Program-made: the position numbers and the translations under genes
The notes under the pieces: model-generated
The model's database searches: none
Seen by the model: the letters and a program-made list of their open reading frames with translations, nothing else
Told to the model about the DNA's origin: nothing
Shown here: positions 57,042-64,000 of the stretch, piece after piece
Numbering within the stretch: the first letter of the stretch is position 1
How the letters are laid out: every line of letters begins with the position of its first letter
Source: Candidatus Margulisiibacteriota bacterium
GTDB lineage: Bacteria > Margulisbacteria > WOR-1 > O2-12-FULL-45-9 > XYB2-FULL-48-7
DNA: 64,000 nt
NCBI GenBank assembly: GCA_025453605.1
Contig: JALOPZ010000002.1
Location: forward strand, 388,631 to 452,630
Direction of reading: 5' to 3'

Positions 57042-58580
57042 ATGACGAGAAAAATCAAGATATTCGATACCACCCTGCGCGACGGCGAACAGTGCCCCGG
57101 CGCCTCGCTCAATCCGGAAGAAAAGCTGGAGATCGCCCGCCAGCTGGCCAAACTTAACGTTGACGCCATCGAAGCCGGTTTCGCCATCGCTTCCCCCGGC
57201 GATTTTGAGTCGGTCAAGCAGATCGCCGAGCAGATCAAAGGGCCGATCATCTGCTCGCTCGCCCGCGCTAAGAAAGAAGACATTCAGCGCGCCTGGGACG
57301 CGGTCAAATATTCGGCCAAACCGCGCATTCACGTTTTCCTGGCCACCTCCCCGATCCACATGGAGAAAAAACTCCGCATGACCCCCGAGGCAGTGCTTAA
57401 AACAGCGGTCGAGATGGTCAAATTCGCCTGCTCGCTCTGCCCCGACGTCGAATTTTCACCGGAGGATGCCGGCCGCTCCGAACCGGAGTTCCTTTATAAG
57501 GTCATCGGCGCGGTGATCGACGCCGGCGCCCAAACGATCAACGTCCCCGACACGGTCGGCTACACCACCCCGTGGGAGTTCGGCCAGCTGATCGAGAATA
57601 TCATCAAGCACGTGCCTCAAGTCAGGGCCAAGAACGTGACGATCTCGGTCCACTGCCATAATGACCTCGGCCTGGCGACGGCCAATTCGCTCGCCGCGGT
57701 CCGGGCCGGCGCCACTCAGGTCGAATGCACGCTCAACGGGATCGGCGAACGGGCCGGCAACGCCTCGTTCGAGGAAGTCGTCATGACGCTCAAGACCCGG
57801 CGCGATTTCTTCGCTGCCCAGGTCGACATCAACACCCGGGAGATCTATAAGGCGAGCCGGATGGTCAGCAATCTGACCGGGCTCGTCGTCCAGCCGAACA
57901 AGGCGGTCGTCGGAGCCAACGCCTTTGCCCACGAAGCGGGGATCCATCAGGCCGGCGTCCTGCGCGCCCGCGAAACCTACGAGATCATGCGGCCGGAAGA
58001 TATCGGGCTGACGGAGAACAAGCTGGTCCTGGGCAAGCACTCCGGGCGCCACGCGGTGGCGGAGCGGCTCAAGGCGCTCGGTTACGACCTTAACGAAGCG
58101 AACCTCGAAAAAGCGTTCAATAAGTTCAAAGAGCTGGCGGACAAGAAAAAAGAGGTCGGCGACCGCGATCTGGAGGCGATCGTTTCCGACGAGGTCTACG
58201 TCGTGCCGGAGACCTACACGCTCGAGGCGGTCGAGATCGCGTCCGGCACCCACACCAAACCGACCGCCAGGGTCAAGCTCCTTTATCAGGGGAAGGTGAA
58301 AGAAGTTAACGTGGCCGGGGTCGGCCCGGTCGACGCCATCTACTCCGCCATGCAAAAGATCACCGGGGTGGCGCCGGAGCTGGTCGATTTCACTATTCAG
58401 GCGATCACCGGGGGGACCGACGCGCAGGGGGAAGTGACGGTCCGGATCAAGGAGAACGGCCGGATCTACGTCGGCCACGGGGCGTCAATGGACATCATTA
58501 TGGCGAGCGCCAAAGCGTTCCTCGCCGCGATCAACCGGCTCCTCTACGCCAGAACAAACCCGACTACTCTTCGACAGTGA
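57042..58580 (+). CDS. leuA: 2-isopropylmalate synthase / citramalate synthase family
   Basis: Trimmed to MTRKIKIFDTTLRDGEQ...HCHNDLGLATANSLAAV. The LeuA_dimer regulatory domain is present. The LeuA versus CimA distinction is not possible from sequence alone. Confidence 0.8.
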   Translation: MTRKIKIFDTTLRDGEQCPGASLNPEEKLEIARQLAKLNVDAIEAGFAIASPGDFESVKQIAEQIKGPIICSLARAKKEDIQRAWDAVKYSAKPRIHVFLATSPIHMEKKLRMTPEAVLKTAVEMVKFACSLCPDVEFSPEDAGRSEPEFLYKVIGAVIDAGAQTINVPDTVGYTTPWEFGQLIENIIKHVPQVRAKNVTISVHCHNDLGLATANSLAAVRAGATQVECTLNGIGERAGNASFEEVVMTLKTRRDFFAAQVDINTREIYKASRMVSNLTGLVVQPNKAVVGANAFAHEAGIHQAGVLRARETYEIMRPEDIGLTENKLVLGKHSGRHAVAERLKALGYDLNEANLEKAFNKFKELADKKKEVGDRDLEAIVSDEVYVVPETYTLEAVEIASGTHTKPTARVKLLYQGKVKEVNVAGVGPVDAIYSAMQKITGVAPELVDFTIQAITGGTDAQGEVTVRIKENGRIYVGHGASMDIIMASAKAFLAAINRLLYARTNPTTLRQ

Positions 58581-58797
58581 TACAGGTCAGGGTCCGGGCC
58601 ACGCAACCGGTCGCCTGGATCTTTTTAACGATAAAATCGCCCAGCGACTTCAGGTCAGCCGTTTCCACAAAAGCGATCACGTCGTAGGGACCGGTCACCA
58701 GGTGGACGGTCTTCATCCCCGGCAGGTTCTTGATCGCGTTGATCAGCTCGATCGCTTTGCCCGGCAGCGCTTCAACCAAGATATAAGCTCTGGTCAT
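58564..58797 (-). CDS. Stand-alone Lrp/AsnC C-terminal (RAM) ligand-binding domain protein
   Basis: 77 aa, MTRAYILVEALPGKAIELINAIKNLPGMKTVHLVTGPYDVIAFVE, an AsnC_trans_reg fold. Confidence 0.6.
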   Translation of the reverse strand: MTRAYILVEALPGKAIELINAIKNLPGMKTVHLVTGPYDVIAFVETADLKSLGDFIVKKIQATGCVARTLTCITVEE

Positions 58798-58854
58798 GAA
58801 AAAGCACCCCCCTTATCTGGCCAAAGTATAGCACAAATGGTATAATGGCAATAG

Positions 58855-59487
58855 ATGAACGCTTTTTGGGCAAAACTGAGCACATATTTCGTCCGCGGAC
58901 TGATCACTCTGCTGCCGCTCCTGGTCACGATCTGGCTTCTCTGGTTCATGTTCTCGTTCCTCGACGGGATCCTCGGCAATATCATCACCCTCTTCATCGG
59001 CCACCCGCTGCCGGGGGTCGGTTTTATCATCACTATCGCTCTGATCTTCATCGCGGGATACTTCGGCACTCAGCTCTTCGGCGTCCGGCTCTTTAAGTTC
59101 GGCGAGACTCTCCTCTCCCGGGTCCCGATCGTCAAGAGCATCTACTCGGCGACCAAGCAGGTTAACGACGTCCTCTTCCAGGAAAAATCGGCCGATGAGT
59201 ACCGGCGCGCCTGTATCGTGGAATATCCGCGCAAGGGGATCTGGTCGCTCGGTTTCGTCACCTCGGACGCGGCGGCAGAGATCGAAGCGAAAGCCAAGGA
59301 AAAGATGATCAATATCTTTATCGCCAACACCCCCACTCCGGCGACCGGTTTTCTGATCATGGTCCCGGCCCGCGAGGTTATCCTGCTCGACATGAAGATC
59401 GAAGACGCGATCAAGTACCTGATCTCCGCCGGCGTGCTTAAGCCCGCCACCATCCCCCAGGAAGTGCCGATCAAAAAAGAGTCATAG
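58855..59487 (+). CDS. DUF502 family membrane protein
   Basis: LITLLPLLVTIWLLWFMFSFLDGILG... is the characteristic DUF502 N-terminus. TGGTATAAT lies 8 nt upstream of the ATG. Confidence 0.65.
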   Translation: MNAFWAKLSTYFVRGLITLLPLLVTIWLLWFMFSFLDGILGNIITLFIGHPLPGVGFIITIALIFIAGYFGTQLFGVRLFKFGETLLSRVPIVKSIYSATKQVNDVLFQEKSADEYRRACIVEYPRKGIWSLGFVTSDAAAEIEAKAKEKMINIFIANTPTPATGFLIMVPAREVILLDMKIEDAIKYLISAGVLKPATIPQEVPIKKES

Positions 59488-62400
59488 GCCGAGGTTAAAG
59501 TAGATCTGCTCTGTTCCGCCGCTGTCCAGCCCCCTGGCGTAACCGATCTTAAAACTGAAGAGATAATAGCTCCAAAAAGCGCTCCAGTCGATATTTAACT
59601 CCGCCCCGATCCCGCGTTTGAGCGGCATCTCGGTTATCCGGCCGGCGGTCGCATTCCCCAGATCAAAAAAGAGCGCCCCCCAGAACCGGTCGTAAAAGGT
59701 CATGCCGTAAAGCGGCCCGTTCTCCGGGTAGCCGAGCGGAAAGCGGTACTCCAGCGAACCGGCGGCCCCTTTATCACCGGTCAGATCACCGTAGTTATAA
59801 CCGCGGACATTGATGTATTTATAGTTAAAGTTCCCCTGCGCCATTTGGTGGCCGCGGCTGGCAAAGCCGTTCACCCTCGCCGCCAGGACGTGGTGGGCCG
59901 GCGGCAACCGAAAGTAGCTGCTCAGCACGCCGCTGTAGTTGGTGAAAGCAAAAGCGCTGTTCAGGTTCGGCGTATAGCTCTCCACTTTGCAGGAGAGATC
60001 GAACCCGTCTTCGTTGCTGATCGAAGCGGCATAAGCCCGGGTGTTAAGATAACGCCAGCCCAGGATCACGCCGTTCAAGGTCCCCCGGTCAGGGAACGGC
60101 GGGGTCAGACCGGCCGGATCGGTAACGCTGCTCAGGTTGATCGACTCCAGCCCGATCGTGAAAGCCTGTTTATCATATTCCCGGAACAGCCGGTTCTGGA
60201 ACCAGGAAAAGAGAAGACTGGCTGCCTGCTGTTCCTCCCAGTAGGCCTGGCCGCTCCAGTCGTAGCCGACCGTGTAGCGGTAGAGCCCGAGATTGATCTG
60301 CGGCGCGTATTGGTTATTGACGTAAGCGAGGGCGTAAAACGGTTTACCGGCGGCAAAATCCCACCCCCCGGTCAGCGAATAAAGGTGCTGGCCGAGCGGA
60401 TCGATCCCGGCCAGGTAGACCGACGTCTGGCCGCCGGTATTGGAAACGTAGCTCTCCGGCAGCCAGAACCGCGGTCTTAGCTCAGGCCACGGGTTGTAAT
60501 CCCTGATCGTCCAGCTTTCCGGTGACGCTTGCCGCTTTTCGCCCGACGTTTCGCGCTTCGCAACCGCCACCGCATTTCGCACTTCTGTCCAGCTAGCAGG
60601 GTTCAAGTCCAATACCGCGATATCATAACCGCGGGACGAATAAGAGACATAGGCCAGCTGCTTGCCGTCCGGGCTGACATCGGGCATCATCGCCCCGCCG
60701 ATCATATTCGTCACCTGGAATAATCGACCGGAAGCCAGATGTAAGGCGTACAGGTTAATGAAACCGGAATAGTCCGCATCGAAGAAAAGGTACTCGCCAG
60801 CCGGGGAAAAGACCGGGTTGGCTTCGCTGAACGCTCGGGTAAAAGGCCGGGCGGCATCGGTCAGTTCAACTTCGACCCCGGTCGCGGTATCGGCCAGAAC
60901 GATCACCTGGTTGCCGCTTGCCAGCTTCTTGGCGACCGCGATCTGCCGGTTGTCCGTTCCGAGGGCCGGGGCAAAATATTGGGCACCCGCCTCCGCCGAA
61001 AATATTCTGGTCTGGGCGAGACGGCCATTGTAAGCGGCAAAGGCCAGGCGCCGCTGCCCTCCCCGATTAACGATATAAGCAACGGTCTTACCGTCCGCGG
61101 CCAGGGTTGGGTCGGTCGCTCGCGCCCCTTCGCTCAGACGAGTGAGCCCGCCGCTCCCCAGGTCGAGCCGGTAAAGGTCCTTGTAAGTGTAATAATTGCG
61201 GTAAATATCCGCTTTAGCAAAGAGGAGCGACCGGCCATCCGGGGTAAAGGTAAAACGATCGTCACTGACCCGCGCTTCGAGCACTTTCTCGTCCCGCCGG
61301 TTGACGGGGTCGATCCGCCTGATCTGCGGATAGTCGTCCACGTTCTGCTGGAGATAATAAATGGCGCGGCCGTCGCGCGACCATTTGGGCTGCAGGTTGT
61401 AATTACCGCTCCGCGTCAACAGCCGCGGCTCGGTCAGCTTACCCAGCCCCGCGGCCTGCCGCTGATAAGTGAGCTTGCTCTTGTCCAGCCACTCTTGCCA
61501 GAGGGTTTTCAGGTTCTTACCGAAGTGGGCCTGGAACGCCTCGTCGATCCCGGTCGAAAAAAGGTAATCGCCGTAATCGTGGGTCAGCGCGATCAGTTCG
61601 CCCTCGCCGTAAGTTTTGGCCAGATACTGGAGGAACATCACCCCGTAAAGGTAGCGTAAATGGCCCTGCGGCCAACGGACGGTCGTCACCGCCGCCTGAT
61701 CGATGCTCTTGACGTTGTTCTCCAGCACGTCCATCCGCATCATCATCTGCCAGCGCGGGTCCCGCCCCCGGCCGGCGTTGGTGTAGGCGGTCTCCAGATA
61801 GGTAGCGATCCCTTCCGTCATAAAGGCCGGTTCGATCGCGTTGGGAAAGATCAGCCGGCCGATCACCGCGCGCGAGGCGGCAAAACCGTCCTCGACCATA
61901 TCCAGGTGGACGGCGTGGACATATTCGTGGAGAAAAAGATAACGGAGGTAATCGTCGTACTTGTAGGGGGTCAGATTGCTGCTTAGATCGGTCAGATAAA
62001 GAATGATGTTGGGGTACGGAAAGACCGTCGTCATTCCGTTACCATAGTCGGTCACGTCCATCAGCGCCACATGGGTCTTGAGGTCTAACCGGTATTTGAA
62101 GATCCCGCTGATCGTGGCGTGGACCTCTTCGGCCAGCGGCGCCAGCTGCCGCGCCTGCTCTTCGACCGCCGGATAGAAGTGGATGAAGAAGTGTTCGGTC
62201 TCCAGGGTTTTCCACTTTAGAGCGGGATCAAGATAGGTCGCGGCCTGGGCCGGCATGATCAGAGCAAGCCCCAGCAGCAGACCGGCCAGAACGGTCTTAA
62301 AACCCTTGACCAGAGCGTCGGCCAGCTCTTCAAACGACGGTGTCCGGCCGATGATCTCCGCGACGCTGACTGCGGTGAGGTCGTCAGACGGTTTTTTGAG

Positions 62401-62970
62401 AACGCGCAACATTTCCGCCGGGGTCTGACGGACAAAAACTGAGCCTTGCTGCAGCAAGGCTTTGCGGCCCCTCTTCTGTGCCGAGCCAACGATCTTTTGG
62501 CCGCCGACCACCACTTCATATTCAGCCGGGTAAGAGAAGCATAATGATGAATTCTCCGCCTTCGGCGGACCTAATGCCGAATTTTGGATTTCCGCCTGGA
62601 CTCCGCAACTATTTAAAGCGAAAACCACCGCCTCAGAGATTTTTTTGTACGCAGGGACCAGACCTTTGGGCAAGATCGGGTCATCTTTGTCCATGACCAG
62701 CGAGTATGTCACTTCCGCTTCGTTATGGAAGACGATCCCGCCGCCGGTCGGTCTTTTAATGACATCCCAGCCGCGCGCCGCCGCCAGTTCAACGTTGATC
62801 TCCGCATCTATTATTTGACTGTGGCCGAGCGTAATGCAGGCTGGCCGCCAGGAGTAGAGCCGCAGGGTTGGTGCGATCTTCCCCTGTTCAAAGTCGTGGA
62901 AGAGCTGGAGGTCGAACTCCATATTGGCCAGGCCGGTCGTCTGCGGAGTCTTTAGGAGTTGCCAGTCCAT
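59482..62970 (-). CDS. 1162-aa ORF. N-terminal LplA/LipM-like lipoate/octanoate-protein ligase domain (~225 aa), fused in-frame via a hydrophobic segment to an HExxH zinc metallopeptidase-like region, TolB-like PD40 beta-propeller repeats and a C-terminal beta-barrel-like region
   Basis: N-terminus [17 protein letters not shown]...GGGIVFH is a BPL_LplA_LipB signature. Then [14 protein letters not shown] (signal or TM), HEYVHAVH, repeated [11 protein letters not shown]-type PD40 motifs, and an aromatic-rich C-terminus. No stop codon separates the parts. Confidence 0.55.
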   Translation of the reverse strand: MDWQLLKTPQTTGLANMEFDLQLFHDFEQGKIAPTLRLYSWRPACITLGHSQIIDAEINVELAAARGWDVIKRPTGGGIVFHNEAEVTYSLVMDKDDPILPKGLVPAYKKISEAVVFALNSCGVQAEIQNSALGPPKAENSSLCFSYPAEYEVVVGGQKIVGSAQKRGRKALLQQGSVFVRQTPAEMLRVLKKPSDDLTAVSVAEIIGRTPSFEELADALVKGFKTVLAGLLLGLALIMPAQAATYLDPALKWKTLETEHFFIHFYPAVEEQARQLAPLAEEVHATISGIFKYRLDLKTHVALMDVTDYGNGMTTVFPYPNIILYLTDLSSNLTPYKYDDYLRYLFLHEYVHAVHLDMVEDGFAASRAVIGRLIFPNAIEPAFMTEGIATYLETAYTNAGRGRDPRWQMMMRMDVLENNVKSIDQAAVTTVRWPQGHLRYLYGVMFLQYLAKTYGEGELIALTHDYGDYLFSTGIDEAFQAHFGKNLKTLWQEWLDKSKLTYQRQAAGLGKLTEPRLLTRSGNYNLQPKWSRDGRAIYYLQQNVDDYPQIRRIDPVNRRDEKVLEARVSDDRFTFTPDGRSLLFAKADIYRNYYTYKDLYRLDLGSGGLTRLSEGARATDPTLAADGKTVAYIVNRGGQRRLAFAAYNGRLAQTRIFSAEAGAQYFAPALGTDNRQIAVAKKLASGNQVIVLADTATGVEVELTDAARPFTRAFSEANPVFSPAGEYLFFDADYSGFINLYALHLASGRLFQVTNMIGGAMMPDVSPDGKQLAYVSYSSRGYDIAVLDLNPASWTEVRNAVAVAKRETSGEKRQASPESWTIRDYNPWPELRPRFWLPESYVSNTGGQTSVYLAGIDPLGQHLYSLTGGWDFAAGKPFYALAYVNNQYAPQINLGLYRYTVGYDWSGQAYWEEQQAASLLFSWFQNRLFREYDKQAFTIGLESINLSSVTDPAGLTPPFPDRGTLNGVILGWRYLNTRAYAASISNEDGFDLSCKVESYTPNLNSAFAFTNYSGVLSSYFRLPPAHHVLAARVNGFASRGHQMAQGNFNYKYINVRGYNYGDLTGDKGAAGSLEYRFPLGYPENGPLYGMTFYDRFWGALFFDLGNATAGRITEMPLKRGIGAELNIDWSAFWSYYLFSFKIGYARGLDSGGTEQIYFNLGL

Positions 62971-64000
62971 CGCAGGTCGGGCTCGCGGGCGGCCCTGGCT
63001 TCATCCAGGCGGCTGACGGGAGTGTGGTGTGGAGCGGACCTGACGAGCTCCGGATCAGTCGCGCATTCCCGGGCGATCTTGATCAGGGCAGCGCAAAAAG
63101 CGTCGAGCGTCGCCCGGGACTCGCTTTCCGTCGGCTCGATCATCAGCGCCTCCTCGACGATCAGCGGAAAATAGATCGTCGGCGGATGAAAACCGTAATC
63201 GATCAAGCGTTTAGCGATGTCGAGCGCCCTGATCCCGAACTTTTCCTTCTGCCACTTGGCCGAAATAACGAACTCATGCTGACAGGTCCGGTCGTACGGG
63301 AGGTAGTAATGGTCTTTCAACTGGTTCATCATGTAATTGGCGTTCTCGACCGCTTTTTCCGACGCGGCCTTCAGCCCGGCCGCCCCGAGCGACCGAATAT
63401 AAGCGTAAGCCCTAATTATGACGCCGACGTTACCGTGGAACGAATGGACGCGACCAATCGATCTGGGGTAGCTCTCGGCCGTTAGTTGGAAGCCGGCAGG
63501 CCCTTTAATTACCCTAGGAACAGGCAGGAAAGGTTCCAGCTTCCTGGTAACGCCGACCGGGCCGGAGCCCGGGCCGCCCCCGCCGTGCGGGGTGGAGAAT
63601 GTTTTGTGTAGGTTGAAATGAGCAACGTCAAAGCCCAGGTCGGCCGGACGGCAGATCCCCAGATTGGCATTGGCATTTGCTCCGTCGTAGTAGAGCAACC
63701 CTCCCGCCTGGTGCACCAGCTCGGCCACCTCCAGGATATGCTCATCGAAGAGCCCGAGGGTGTTGGGATTGGTCAGCATCAGGCCGGCGGTGTCATCCCC
63801 CAGCGCCTGCCTAAGCGCCGCCAGATCGACGTTCCCCCGCCCGTTCGATTTGATCACCACCGGCGTAAAGCCGACCATCGAAACGGAGGCCGGGTTCGTC
63901 CCATGCGACGAATCCGGAATAATGATCTTATTCCTCACTTTCAAATTTTGACTTTTTACTTTTGACTTATTCTCCTCGTGGTACGCTTTGATCATCATCA
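62952..64000 (-). CDS. gcvPB: Glycine dehydrogenase (decarboxylating) subunit 2, partial (N-terminus beyond window end)
   Basis: ...[14 protein letters not shown]...[14 protein letters not shown]...[20 protein letters not shown] aligns with B. subtilis GcvPB residues ~150-488. It contains a 7-aa insertion (KSKVKSQ) encoded by an AT-rich repeat. Confidence 0.85.
   Translation of the reverse strand, partial: MMIKAYHEENKSKVKSQNLKVRNKIIIPDSSHGTNPASVSMVGFTPVVIKSNGRGNVDLAALRQALGDDTAGLMLTNPNTLGLFDEHILEVAELVHQAGGLLYYDGANANANLGICRPADLGFDVAHFNLHKTFSTPHGGGGPGSGPVGVTRKLEPFLPVPRVIKGPAGFQLTAESYPRSIGRVHSFHGNVGVIIRAYAYIRSLGAAGLKAASEKAVENANYMMNQLKDHYYLPYDRTCQHEFVISAKWQKEKFGIRALDIAKRLIDYGFHPPTIYFPLIVEEALMIEPTESESRATLDAFCAALIKIARECATDPELVRSAPHHTPVSRLDEARAAREPDLRWTGNS

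Noticed and set aside
56048-57283. Full 411-aa track ORF for pfkA
   Set aside because: The first 87 codons have no PFK homology and overlap leuA on the opposite strand. The PFK N-terminus (MSKKIKTIGVITPGGDAPGMN) begins at the internal Met at 57022.
57456-58478. 340-aa minus-strand ORF antisense to leuA
   Set aside because: leuA on the plus strand has unambiguous motifs. The antisense ORF is an artefact.

Overview
High-GC (~65-70%) bacterial chromosomal segment, mostly core housekeeping genes on both strands, with no transposase, integrase, tRNA or CRISPR seen. The standout region is a roughly 18.5-kb block (about 9.8-28.3 kb, all on the minus strand) of mostly unrecognisable genes split into six transcription units. 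Each unit is preceded by the same promoter-like motif GCAAGTTTT-N11-(C)CCGATA(T/A), which closely matches the sigma-28 (FliA/SigD/WhiG) consensus TAAAGTTT-N11-GCCGATAA. The motif was not seen elsewhere in the window. The block encodes many small proteins, a 1986-aa multi-hydrophobic coiled-coil giant, a 758-aa Trp-rich protein with a Lys/Ala/Glu tail, an EF-hand protein, a GT2-TPR glycosyltransferase, a PorV/FadL-like outer-membrane protein and three degenerate PlsC-like acyltransferase paralogs. An unusual 189-bp AT-rich repeat-laden spacer sits inside it. A second notable locus (4.2-9.8 kb) links a YcaO protein to a KS / truncated Cys-less KS (CLF-like) / ACP / KR set and a CgeB-like glycosyltransferase. 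Other oddities: a signal-peptide-bearing Hcp-like protein; an 18-nt AT-rich repeat inserted in-frame into pdxJ and gcvPB; widespread leaderless-type promoters with TGnTATAAT 6-9 nt before the ATG; a CIRCE operator in a palindromic bidirectional groES/glk promoter; and an LplA-like domain fused in-frame to a peptidase/TolB/beta-barrel protein. The housekeeping background includes groES-groEL, a ROK glucokinase, hisH/hisA, rpiB, pdxJ, ispF, prfB, secA, hpf, comF, an ABC-F ATPase, tpiA, fba, two phosphofructokinases, leuA, gcvPB and an envelope-polysaccharide cluster.
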